A DNA stretch of 64,000 bases from Chrysomallon squamiferum (taxonomy: Eukaryota; Animalia; Mollusca). The notes below the pieces were generated by a model that saw only the letters and a program-made list of their open reading frames with translations, did no database searches and was not told the origin of the DNA. Both the position numbers and the translations under genes were made by a program. The DNA lies in the NCBI GenBank assembly GCA_012295275.1, contig CM022674.1:15562001-15626000 (forward strand), given 5' to 3'. Positions 1 to 13,308 of this stretch are shown here, piece by piece. How positions within the stretch are numbered: position 1 is the stretch's first letter; every line of letters starts with the position of its first letter.

Positions 1-150
1 CTGATTTTTGAAAAAATGGCAGTTATAACAGATTTATTTTTAATTTTAATATTTTGTTCCTCTTGGTGCTTAATTCTTCTTTTTTATTTTTGTTTATACT
101 TTTTTTTATTAATATTTTGGGTAAATGGCAGCAGTTTTTTCATTACAGTA

Positions 151-186
<36 letters not shown>

Positions 187-262
187 GAAAGTATTACTTG
201 ACAATATTATTTTATGAAGCAAGGTAAATCAGTGTGTTAGTTTTGTATTGTTCTATTGACAG

Positions 263-343
263 GACAGAAGAGTTGTATGGTCAGTTACAGACAACTGGTT
301 TAACATACATCAGCTAATGTCTAAAGATGGGTTAAACTGAATT
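263..343 (+). other. Probable 5'UTR exon of the STAND-ankyrin gene
   Basis: Acceptor ttctattgacag and donor att|gtaagt flank an 81-nt segment with stops in all three frames. Confidence 0.3.
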
Positions 344-2196
344 GTAAGTAAGTAAATGTTCTGTTTGTTTAAATTAGTTACATTAAAATTTAATGTTATA
401 AGTGTGCAAAGTACAGTACAATACAGATAAAACTTTACTTGTCAAAGCCAGTCTCGGGCTAGGTCCAGGTTTTATTAAAAAGTAACTTTTCATTCGTTTT
501 GTAGTTTGTTACTTATAATTATTTCTGTAACAGTTTTCAACCTTTACATAAAATATATTACACTGACTTCAATAAGCAAATTTCATATTTGTCTCTGATA
601 CCAGAAATAGTTAATAATAAATGAAATTATTTTTTACCTTAGTTACCTAATGTTTCCTTTGTTCCTATTTATTTATTTATTTACATTTCAAAAATGAAGT
701 AACAGGACTTACTGAACAGTTTGTAAGTGGAAACTCTGATCAGTGTTCTTTTTCTTTTTCCAAGATAACAAAATGACTGTCACTTGTAATTCATTTAAAA
801 AAGAAAATAAGTTGATATGTTTTCAGTCACTGAATATTCTTTGCTTTCTTCGAATATTTAATCAGTTTTCAACAGATATTATGTAATATTAGGTGATACT
901 AACTTTAATCCAAACATTTTGAGGCATAAATACAGCAGTTTTTACTCATTTTGTGAAGAAAATATTTGTTTCCAGTGCAGCTGTGTGTTTGTGTATATAT
1001 ATCTTCAATCTGATATAAATTATTATACTTAGTGTAGAAAAATTATCATTCAGTAATCTATTAAATAATTTAAAAACCTAATAGGGTAATGACTATTATT
1101 ATTATTTTGAAAATACATTTACATTTAATATTTAAGTGAAGGAATACATGTTCAAACACAATCATAGGTTATTATAATTATTCTAGAATCATGTGTAACT
1201 GCATGAAATTACTTTAAAACATTTATTTTATTTTCTATTTTTTTTACAAATACATGTATATATATATGGTGTGGAGAAATCATCTTTGAAAAATAAAGGA
1301 TTCAGTCACAAGTAAACATTCAGCCTGTAGGATCCAACTCATCTCTTCAGTTAAAAGTTGGATTTGTCAAATTGTCAACTAAACTAATTCCCAGTTCTAA
1401 GCTGATTCCACTTCCACTCTGTGCATAACATGCTCACTGATGACACAAATGTGCTGGACTCATGATTGGCCAAAGGCTTGAAGAGTTACAACATTAGGTT
1501 GGATGTAGAGTGTTGAGCTCACTAATGGACTGATGACTGTAATTGTTGTCAAGCTGATGTCCTGTAGGTTTGAGGCATAACTGTGGAATGCATTCTTATT
1601 TTGTGTCATCTTTGTGTTTATTATGTTCACCATTGTGCCAAGTTGACACTGAATGAGAGATGTGCTAAACAAAGGAGTTGAAAATGTGATATTTGAGCAT
1701 GCTGCAGTTAAGAAAAACAAGGAAACATCATACACTAGCATCTCACAGTGAAATCAGTTGTAACTGTCATTCAGAAATATAGAACATCATTCTGTTGTCA
1801 GTCATCACAATTTTGTAATTACTTGTCACGTTTTCACTCATTATGTTCAGGTGTATATTTGTGATATTTTAATTTGTATTGTTTATATAAAATAATTTAG
1901 TACAGTTGACAAGACTAAGAATATTACTTCAAAAAAATGTTCATTGTATAGTTATATTTGTATTGTTTATATAATTTAGTAATAGGTCTGACAAAACTAA
2001 GATAGGAATTGATTATAATATTATCAATATGATGCTTCACATGAATCTGAATCCAGAACTATCTGAACATGTATGTTTGTAATGTTTAGAAAAATGTGGA
2101 ATAACACTAGTAAATCAGAGCAGCAGAACAGCTGAGAAACACAGGAACCCAGAGCCAGAACCTGCCCCAGTCAGCCCATCACCATCCCCTAAGAAG

Positions 2197-3986
2197 ATGG
2201 AAGAGAACAAATCCAAAATGAGGTAAGACTAATTAATTAGAACTATGTTTTTAGGTAACAGTATTGTGAAATTGTGTTTTCCTGAGTATTTCTAAATAAC
2301 ATGATCAAACATCTCTTTTTAAAAAATGAGTATATTTATTTTAAGTCTTTTTGATTTGATTACTTTAAAAAAATGTCCAGGCATTAATTTATAGAACAGA
2401 AATTGAGAATACCAGCTATGATTCAATGCTAGTATTAATACAAGGTACTAGATGTAGGTCTCTAGTAAAACATGCAAGGTGTTGTAGATATTTGGATCAA
2501 TTCCTGCTGATGTAATCTTGAGCTGTTTTCATTAACACCTGATGTATGAAATAGTTTGTACTGTTTGTGGGTAGGTATAAATGAAACATCACTTGTTGTT
2601 AATAAGACAGAGTAGAGAGTGAAGTGACTGCAGTGGGTTTTTTTTTTTTTTGTTATCTGACTGTTCCTAAATCTTATGTCTGACCCATATAAAAGTAAAT
2701 AAAATAAGTAAATAAAACATTTCATTTCTTCCTTTCTATATAAAAAAATCAATATATTATTTTTTACAGCTCAGGGAATATGGATGACAAAAATGAGAGT
2801 TCAGAAGATTCTTCTAACACAGCAGCTGTTTCTTCTGCAGAGACTGTGACAGCTGTTTCTTCTGCAGAGACTGTGACAGCTGTTTCTTCTGCAGAGACTG
2901 TGACAGCTGTTTCTTCTGCAGAGACTGTGACAGCTGTTTCTTCTGCAGAGACTCTGACAGCTGTTTCTTCTGCAGAGACTGTGACAAGTGTATCTCTCTC
3001 TGGCATCACATCTCAGTCTTCCTTTGACATCACTCGTATAGAACATCATTTACAACTATCTGTGTCAAGCAGTTCTGGTAATACACACATTATTTCAATG
3101 AACTATTTACTTTTTTAATAGGAAATTGAAAAGAGTCAACATTATTTTTATATTTGTCGTAATAGAATATTTTGAATATATTGTTTACTTTACTGCTGGT
3201 AAATTCTAAACTGACAAAAGTACTATATACATTTGTATCAATACACTGTTTCAATGTATTGTTTAGTTACATTTCAGGCATTAGAAAATTGACACTTTTA
3301 AAAGTTATACTGATAATGAATTAAGTTTAAAGTTTTTACCGTGTTTCTGTTTCACAGATTAAAAAAGTAAAGCCAAATACACTGCAGTTACTGTTTATTT
3401 GCTTCATCATGACCTTTATAATTAACATTTTTAATTGATATATTGTTATATGCAATAATACTTTTAATTCATTGTATTAATACTGTATGCTGTCCTTAAA
3501 AATGTATTTACTCTCTTTCACAGATACTCAAACAATAATACATGCAAACATAAGTCACTGTGGAAAGGTTCAAATAGGAGCCGAAAACAAGTTAATTAGT
3601 AAGTTGAAAACTGAAAGTTTTCTTTTTCTGTACATGTTTAATATATAAGAGAATACAGATTAGTGTTTTTCTCTCAGACACTGTTTAATGAACAACATCC
3701 ACACATGTGACCACTTATACTGAAGAAAAGTCTTCTTTTTTTCTGAGATATGAATATATTTGGCATTCACATACAATATCCTTTCCAATATATCATGCAT
3801 CTATTTTGATGTTGTAGCAGTTTTTAATACTGATGTCACCATGTCATCACAAGAAACACATTTGCTAAGAAAAACTGTAAACATTCATAAGTAGCATTAC
3901 AATAGAATACCCAGTCAATAATTTGCTGAAACATTCAGGAATTTTATATTGTAGAATTAAGAAGTAAATGCACTCTGAGATGGTAA

Positions 3987-4041
<55 letters not shown>

Positions 4042-4504
4042 TCACACATGTATGTATATATGTATGTATACATATGATCTTACTGGATGTAAAAAAAACA
4101 GCAGTGAACTACACAAGTAAAACTACTCAAGTAGATTGATTAACAGACAAGCTGCATAACATAGCTCACTCAGTAATTGTTTAGAAGTCATTTTACTGCA
4201 GTGCTGACCTCTAGCAACTACATAACTAAATTTTACCATATCAAAATTACTTATTTTTCTTTAAATGAAACACTCACTAAATTTCTTGAACCCATTAATG
4301 TTGCCAAGAATATAAAACCCACTTGTCATGTGTGACCTATCTCAATCAATAACCAATACACTATCCAACGGGTCTGTGATCTGCTATTATCTGCAATTAG
4401 ACATTGCTCACCTTTGTTTTTAGAAACTGCTTCTAAAATTGTCATTTTCATTATCTTATGTCAATATGCATGTTTTAGCAATAGCTTATGATATATACAA
4501 AAGC

Positions 4505-4571
<67 letters not shown>

Positions 4572-5370
4572 TTTATACTGTATGCCCTTCATATAGCTAC
4601 AAACAGTTTTAGAAATAACACTTGTAGGATGTGAGTTTAAATTGTTTTTTTTTTCTTCTGTTCTATTAGGAGACAAAAAAAATTTAATTAGTAAGTCAAA
4701 AATGGAAGCTTTTCTTTTGCCTGCCTGTTTATTAGAATATGCATCAAAAGACTCATTAGTATTTTTCTATCAGAGACTGTGACCTGAACAATATCCAGAC
4801 AAACATAGACAATACATACATACATGTATATATAAACAATAAAAAAAACATAAAAAGTCACAAACACATAGATGCAGACATTTAATATAAATAATTTTAC
4901 ACATTTTAAAAAAATATATTGTTTTATTCAATAATACTAACAAATGACTGATTTTATTCATACTGTGTGCAGTGGATTTACATATGGATCTGAGAAATAA
5001 TGCTTGTAAGTTGTGAAACTGAACAGTTTAATCCTGAAGCAGTCAGATTAGAACAGTTCCATATGGAAAAAGTCATAAAACATGTTAATGCTGGACAATC
5101 AGTAATTTAAAAATTTCCCAAATCTGTGAGATCCAAAGCAGCCCTCCTAACACTTTTTGGACAGTTTGAAGAAACTGAAGTCATGGACTACCTAGGAGTG
5201 CTTATAATTTGGAACTAAATGTTTGAAGTTTATGATTTATTAATGTTTGTAAAAAAAACAATTAAAATAACAATAGTAATAATAAATGTTACATCAGTGC
5301 GGTTTTGTTGGTGCACTTTTATCTTTTGTGCTTATGACGTCCCACTAAAACACACACACACATACAAATG

Positions 5371-5401
<31 letters not shown>

Positions 5402-5521
5402 ATTATAAGTATCATCAATCTTATCTAGATTTTCTTAAGAAAATTCAGCATAAATTAAACAATCCAATATATCTGTCATTAATATCACTTGCAACTACTG
5501 AAATACAGTACAAAGAACAAC

Positions 5522-5570
<49 letters not shown>

Positions 5571-5673
5571 TAATAATTATTATAATATATGAACAAATAT
5601 TATATAACAAATGTTACGCCAGGGCAGTTTTGTTAGCGCACTTTTGTGCTTATGTCCTTATATTGTCCTACTC

Positions 5674-5729
<56 letters not shown>

Positions 5730-8700
5730 TTTTCTTAGTAACAGAATTCAGCATAAATTAAAGAAGCCAATACATCTGTCATTATTATCACTTGCAACTA
5801 CTGAAATACAGTACAAAAAATAATAATAATAATAATAATAATAATATGAACAATAGCGATAACTAAATAACAACAGTGAGAAAAAACAACAGCAGTTTTA
5901 ATACTAGTAGTAATAATTATAGTAAAATAAATCAGAAAGATATAATAATAATGTTATATGTTGACTTTTCCATGAATGAAGTATAGAGTAACTGTAAAAG
6001 TCACGTCAATGTTTTTCTTTCACTCATCAACAGTAAAATAAACTTACTTGTTTTATTTTTATATTATTTCAGCAAAGACTGATGGACAAACATCCCATAT
6101 CAAAGGTATTTTTAATTTTTATTTTATTTTATTGTTGTTGTTTTTTTACTTCTGAATGATGTTAATTTATAAGAAGATAATCACTGTTATTTTTACACCA
6201 TTTAAAACTGATATCATACTATGGTAATTAAATTCCGATGAACTAAAATTATGACAAAAATCTGCTGCTTTATTTTAAAAACTTCACATCTGATGACTAG
6301 TTAAAAATTATATTATCTATATCTAAATAGTAAAATATATTTAAAATATGTTAATAATAGATATTATTTTATTTTAATGTTCTGATACAGAGTCTACCAG
6401 GTCACAGTTAAACACAGTTGACTGGAGAGTCTATGTTGAAACAAGAGCAGAAGAAAGAGGAGTAACACTTTTGAAAAAGAATGGTGTTGTGATTGTAGTA
6501 GGATGTCCAGGTTCAGGAAAGACAACTCTAGGTCTGAACATGATTAAACAGATAGAGAAAAAAGAAAAACTAGACTCTTACATCGTGACTCATCACTCTG
6601 ATTTCAAATGCATTCCTGTGTCTAAAGTTAAACCATGTATTGTTCTCATTGATGACATATTTGGTAAAACTAATCTTGTATTAGATTTTGTGTCTTGTTG
6701 GAAACAGCTATTTCCAGAGGTGTGGAGTCTTGTTAAAGACAAGTGTGTGAGATGTATTATTACTTTAAGAAAACAAATATTTACAGAAATTATAGCCAAT
6801 CTGAAGGAATTTGATCTGTTCAATGAAAATCATCTCCTTGACCTGCAGAGCGATCTATGTTGTCTGAATTATTATGAGAAGTTTAAAATTCTAAACAATT
6901 ATCTCAAACAAAAGAATGTAACAATGGATGAAAATGATAAAGACACTGTCATTTCCTGTTCATGTACAGAGTTAGGATTTCCTCAGGTGTGTGTGTATTA
7001 TGTTAATTCAAGTGATGCACAGAAAAGAGGAGTTAACTTTTTTAAGAAACCTGTAGAATATCTCAGACAACAACTGGAAAATTTGAAAAATGATAGATCT
7101 TCACAGATCAATTACCTGGTTCTACTGCTGATCTTGTTCCAGCAAGACAGTCTTAGCATTGATTCACTGGACCCATTTGAAAATGACTCTGACAGTGACA
7201 TAATGAAATTAGTAAGACAGCTAGAGCGAGTCTGTCGGAGTGTAAAAAACACTGATCTCACAGACATAAAGAAAACAGCTGATGAAATGTGTGGTACCTA
7301 TCTGAAGTGTTCTGACAATAAATACACATTTATTCACCAGTCAGTGTTTGACTCATTGTTTCTGATGTTTTCATCAGAGTTTCCAAAGAAAGCAGCAGAG
7401 TTGCTAGAATTTTGTCCTGTCTCCATGTTGTTAGAATATGTTGTGACGCCTGGAGTGACTAACAAAAGTCACATTACAATGACTGTGAAATCTAACAGCT
7501 TTGATGTTCTTGCTCGGAGATTTACTGACTTGTTGGCATCAAGCAATGCCGAAGACATTATTTCACATCCATCACTGAAAGATGAAGAGTTTGTGAAGTA
7601 TCTCATAGAGGGAAAATTCTTTAATGATAAATTGTCTGAAATACTGTCTCAAGAACTAAACATATGTGATACTGAATATCAGCATATATCATCTGTAAAC
7701 GTAGACAATCTTGATGAAACACTTAGCAATATTTTATATCTAATTCACTATTATTCACACAGTATTATTTTCGATAATCCAATATATTTTGCAATTTCAT
7801 CATCTGTTCAATGTGAGTGTATTGTGAATGGATTAAGAACATTGTCAAGATTTTTCACTGAATATGTGTGTAGAATGAAATTAACACATCTGAAAAAAGA
7901 AGTTTTGGATTGTTCTTGTTTGTTTGGTGATGAAGAAGTTGTGAGAATGTTGCTAAAATCAGGTGTTATTCCAGCATTTTATACATTGCGTGCAGCTGCT
8001 TGTTCAAAAACAGACAATGTTATCGTACTCAAAGAACTGTTACAGTGCAAAACAAAGATGAAATTGAATGCCTATTCACATCTCTTATTTGCTTCTATTT
8101 GTTCAGGTAACATGAAGATTGCCTGTCTGTTAGCTGAAATAATAAAAAATGAGAAACACAACAGTGAAATCAAGGAAAAAGCCATTAAACTGTTATTGGT
8201 TAGATTCCATGGAGTAACAAAACTTTTTTCAGGAACGTGGAATTTGGGGAAGTCGAACACTTCTGAAGTTGTTGATGTAGGCCATCTTTTTCAAAAACTG
8301 GCTACCATTGATATAATAAAAAAAATTAAAGACATTGCTATTATTGCTGCTTGTCAGATTAATTCAGCTGTTATAAAAGAAATAGCAAAACTGAAACCTG
8401 ATTGTTTAAATGATGAAAATAGAGATGAAGTACTTTTAGCAGCAGCAGTATGGGGAGCCACCAATACAGTGACTTTTCTCCTTGAGCAGAGATGTAATGA
8501 TACAGATGAGAACTGGAAGAAAAGTCAAGTACTGAAAGTGGCAGTGATGTGTAACAGTGCAGATGTTGTTCAGATTCTTCTCGCTAATGGAGCTGATCCT
8601 AATGTGAATGTAGCTGTTAATCAGAAATTCATTCAGTTGTTTCATGATGAATTTGTATTCAAAGAATTGTCAGGTGTCTACATTAATTTTCAATTTTGTG

Positions 8701-11700
8701 TTCATACACACCCCTGCACACATCAGTTCTGCGTGGTGACTTAGATATGATAAAATCACTGATAAAGAGAAAAGCTGCAAATGCAGTGACACACAGAAAG
8801 GAAATAGCTTTGTTGTTACTGAAAAATGGTACAGATACCGATATAAGAGATGACCACGAGAATTCAGCATTGCACATAGCCTCTCAAATTGACATAGATG
8901 TTGTGAAAGAAGTGGTAAAAAAGGGTACTGAAATAAATGCAATTAACACTGAAGAGAAAACTCCTCTTCATGTATCCTTGATGTGCCACAGACCAGAAAT
9001 AGCTTTATTTTTACTAAATCAAGGAGCTGATCCTCATTTAACTGAGAGTGATAACGATTCTGTTTTACACTTAGCAGATGTACTTGGACATGTACAAATT
9101 GTGACAGCATTGATTGAAAATGGTGTTGATGTAAATGTTAAGAACATTCAAGGTGAAACTCCTCTTTTTACATTTCTGAATTGCAACACATATTATTATT
9201 TAGATGATCTAGCTACGTCCTCTTGTAAGAGAAACGTAGCTTTGGTTTTACTGGAACATGGAGCTGATCCTTATTTAACAGACAATGATAACAATTCTGT
9301 TTTACACTTAGCAGCTGAACATGGAAATGTAGAAATTGTGACAGCACTGATTGAAAAAGGTGTTGATGTAAATATAAAGAACAGAGAAGGTGAAACTCCT
9401 CTTTTTATAGCTTTTAAGTTTCACCATTACAAAATACATTTTTGTATTTACTAAAACATGGAGCTGATCCTAATTTAACAGACAATGATAACAATTCTGT
9501 TTTACACTTAGCAGCTAAACATGGAAATGTAGAAATTGTGACAGCACTGATTGAAAAAGGTGTTGATGTCAATATAAGGAATATGAGAAGGTGAAACTCC
9601 TCTTTTATAGCTTTTAAGTGTTAACCATTACAAAAATATTTTTTATTTACTAAAACATGGAGCTGATCCTTATTTAACAGACAATGATAACAATTCTGTT
9701 TTACACTTAGCAGCTAAATATGGAAATGTAGAATTTGTGACAGCACTGATTGAAAAAGGTGTTGATGTAAATGTAAGGAATATGAAAGGTGAAAGTCGTC
9801 TTTTGAAAAGCTGTTAATTTTTTACTATCCCATTTGAGAAATATTTTGGTTTTACTAAAACATGGAGCTGATCCTAATTTAACAGACAATGATAACAATT
9901 CTGTTTTACACTTAGCAGCTAAACATGGAAATGTAGAAATTGTGACAGCACTGATTGAAAAAGGTATTGATGTCAATGTAAGAAATATGCAAGATGAAAC
10001 TCCTCTTTTCATAGCTGTTAAGTTTGATTTTTAGAAAATATTTTTGTAAGAGAAATGTTTTTTTAAAACATGGAGCTGATCCTAATTTAACAGACAATGA
10101 TAACAATTCTGTTTTACACTTAGCAGCTAAACATGGAAATGTAGAAATTGTGACAGCACTGATTGAAAAAGGTGTTGATGTCAATGTAAGGAATATGCAA
10201 GGTGAAAGTCCTCTTTTTACATTTCTGAAATACAATAAATTTGATTTTTCATACTATCCAACTATGAGAAACATAGCATTGGTTTTACTGGAACATGGAG
10301 CTGATCCTAATTTAAGAGACAATGATAACAATTCTGTTTTACACTTAGCAGCTAAACATGGAAATGTAGAAATTGTGACAGCACTGATTGAAAAAGGTTT
10401 TGATGTCAATATAAGGAATATGCAAGGTGAAAATCCTCTTTTTACAGCTGAAATTGAATTTGTTTTTTCAGAAGATCCCAGTCTCGTAAAATATATGTTT
10501 TGTATTTACTAAAACAAGGAGCTGATCCTAATTTAACAGACAATGATAACAATTCTGTTTTACACTTAGCAGCTGAACATGGAAATGTAGAATTTGTGAC
10601 AGCACTGATTGAAAAAGGTTTTGATGTAAATGTTAAAAACATTCAAGGTGAAACTCCTCTTTTTTACAGTTTCTGAATTTACTAAAACAGGGAGGTGATC
10701 CTAATTTAACAGACAATGATAACCTGTTTTACACTTTTTAGAAAATCTAAGGAATAGCTATGTCCTCTTTTTACATTTAAGAAAAACAATAAATTTCATT
10801 TTTCAGAAGATCCAGCTACGTCCTCTTGTAAGAGAAATGTAGCTTTGGTTTTACTGGAACATGGAGCTGATCCTTATTTAACAGACAATGATAACAATTC
10901 TGTTTTACACTTAGCAGCTAAACATGGAAATGTAGAAATTGTGACAGCACTGATTGAAAAAGGTGTTGATGTAAATGTAAGGAATATGCAAGGTGAAAGT
11001 CCTCTTTTTACATTTCTGAAATACAATGAATTTAATTTTTCGATCCCATCATAAAATATTTTTGGTTTTACTAGAACATGGAGCTGATCCTAATTTAACA
11101 GACAATGATGCCAATTCTGTTTTAAACTTAGCAGCTAAACATAGAAACGTAGAAATTGTGACAGAACTGATTGAAAAAGGTGTTGATGTAAATGTAAGGA
11201 ATATGCAAGGTGAAAGTCCTCTTTTTACATTTCTGAAATATAATAAATTTTATTTTTTTTCATACCATCCAACAAAACATTTTTGTATTTACTGGAACAT
11301 GGAGCTGATCCTAATTTAACAGACAATGATAACATTTCTGTTTTACCCTTAGCAGCTAAACATGGAAATGTAGAAATTGTGACAGCACTGATTGAAAAAG
11401 GTATTGATGTCAATGTAAGGAATATGCAAGATGAAACTCCTCTTTTCATAGCTGTTAAGTTTAACCATTACAAAATATGTTTTTATTTACTAAAACAGGG
11501 AGCTGATCCTAATTTAACAGACAAGGATAGCAATACTGTTTTACACTTAGCAGCTAAATATGTAAATGTGGAAATTGTGATAGCACTGGTTGAAAAAGGT
11601 GTTGATGTCAATGTAAGGAATATGCAAGGTGAAAGTCGTCATTTTAGATTTCTGAAATACTGTAAATTAGATTTTTCATACTATCCAACTATGAGAAACA

Positions 11701-12700
11701 TAGCATTGGTTTTACTGGAACATGGAGCTGATCCTAATTTAACAGACAATGATAACATTTCTGTTTTACACTTAGCAGCTAAACATGGAAATGTAGAAAT
11801 TGTGACAGCACTGATTGTAAAAGGTGTTGATGTAAATGTAAGGAATATGCAAGGTGAAATTCCTCTTTTTACAGCTGTTAAGTTTAACCATTACAAAATA
11901 TTTTTGTATTTACTAAAAGAACGAGCTAATCCTAATTTAACAGACAATGATAACAATACTGTTTTACACTTAGCAGCTAAACATGGAAATGTAGAATTTG
12001 TGACAGCACTGATTGAAAAAGGTGTTGATGTAAATGTTAAAAACATTCATGGTGAAACTCCTCTTTTTACATTTCTGAGTTACAACACATATTACATTTT
12101 AGATGATCTAGCTACGTCGTCCTGTAAGAGAAACGTAGCTTTGGTTTTACTGGAACATGGAGCTGATCCTAATTTAACAGAGAATGATAAACAATTCTGT
12201 TTTACACTTAGCAGCTGAACATGGAAATGTAGAAATTGTGACAGCACTGATTGAAAAAGGTGTTGATGTTAATGTAAGGAATATGCAATATGAAAGTCCT
12301 CTTTTTACATATCTGAAATACAATGAATTTGATTTTTCATACTATCCGACTATGAGAAACATAGCATTGGTTTTACTGGAACATGGAGCTGATCCTTATT
12401 TAACAGACAATGATAACAGTTCTGTTTTACACTTAGCAGCTAAAGATGGAAATGTAGAAATTGTGACAGCACTGATTGAAAAAGGTGTTGATGTAAATGT
12501 AAGGAATATGAAAGGTGAAATTCCTCTTTTTGCAGCTGTTAAGTTTCACCATTACAAAATATTTTTTTATTTACTAAAACAGGGAGCTGATCCTAATTGA
12601 AGAGACAATGATAACAATACTGTTTTACACTTAGCAGCTAAATATGTAAATGTGGAAATTGTGATAGCACTGGTTGAAAAAGGTGTTGATGTAAATGTAA
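2197..12700 (+). CDS. NLR-like protein: Ser/Thr repeat, RHIM-like motif, nSTAND3-type P-loop NTPase, helical region, long ankyrin array. The 3' end runs into the gap; frameshifts occur after ~8690.
   Basis: Phase-compatible GT-AG exons: 2197-2222 (exon begins ~2090), 2770-3077, 3524-3598, optional 4670-4690, 6073-6105, 6391->12700. The last is in frame with ORF 6471-8744. Motifs: YVETRA, Walker A GCPGSGKT, Walker [26 protein letters not shown], then GADPN/TPLH ankyrin motifs. Confidence 0.85.
2819..2985 (+). repeat. Coding 27-bp tandem repeat x6 encoding (TAVSSAETV)n
   Basis: Unit acagctgtttcttctgcagagactgtg, repeated nearly perfectly inside exon 2770-3077. Confidence 0.95.
3524..3598 (+). 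CDS. 75-nt symmetric (phase 1-1) exon encoding a RHIM-like motif, [25 protein letters not shown]
   Basis: Acceptor ctctctttcacag and donor a|gtaagt. The exon is open and in phase with its neighbours. VQIG lies at 3568-3579. Confidence 0.8.
5290..5850 (+). repeat. Intronic tandem duplication of a ~300-bp unit containing (CA)n and (AAT)n
   Basis: cttttgtgcttatg...(ca)n...agattttctta...aattcagcataaatta...cacttgcaactactgaaatacagtacaaa occurs at ~5320-5520 and ~5640-5820. Confidence 0.8.
9023..12700 (+). repeat. Coding tandem array of ~18 double-ankyrin modules with unit lengths of 198, 225 or 237 bp
   Basis: The ggagctgatcc (GADP) start recurs at about 9023, 9260, 9460, 9659, 9864, 10072, 10298, 10518, 10691, 10863, 11080, 11301, 11499, 11724, 11922, 12159, 12385 and 12583. 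Confidence 0.95.
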
Positions 12701-12900
12701 NNNNNNNNNNNNNNNNNNNNNNNNNNNNNNNNNNNNNNNNNNNNNNNNNNNNNNNNNNNNNNNNNNNNNNNNNNNNNNNNNNNNNNNNNNNNNNNNNNNN
12801 NNNNNNNNNNNNNNNNNNNNNNNNNNNNNNNNNNNNNNNNNNNNNNNNNNNNNNNNNNNNNNNNNNNNNNNNNNNNNNNNNNNNNNNNNNNNNNNNNNNN
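12701..12900. other. Assembly gap (200 N) truncating the ankyrin array
   Basis: Run of n characters. Confidence 1.
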
Positions 12901-13308
12901 TTATCAACCATCCGCATGAAATTTAAAACAAGAACCAAAGAAATACATTTAGCTTAATTTTTGAGTGCTGCTCTCTCTGTGACATTATTACATTTAAATT
13001 ACATAACTACAGTTAATCAGTACAAAATATCTTTAATCCTATTTGAAATATTTACACTTGCTTCTAGCCAAGGATGAAGAGCACGTATTTAAAATAACAA
13101 TGATATTTGGCGTGGTTTATAGCAGATTCCGCCGGCCATTTTTTTAAATACGTTAACCAATGCATTTCAAGAAGCGTAATTATTGACAGGACGACCTGAC
13201 CTAATTCAGCTTATGACCCGATTTTAGTAAATGTTGAACAGTGACATCACACCAGCAGTTTCCGATCTGTGGTTGTTATCGGAACTCTCGTATGTGAGAA
13301 GAAATGCG

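Noticed and set aside
9023-12700. Constant repeat plus variable spacer pattern resembling a CRISPR array
   Set aside because: Units are ~200 bp and encode ankyrin repeats, the variable parts recur as three types, the context is eukaryotic, and no cas genes are present.
6593-12938. Minus-strand ORFs over the NTPase/ankyrin exon
   Set aside because: They are antisense shadows of the plus-strand coding repeats.
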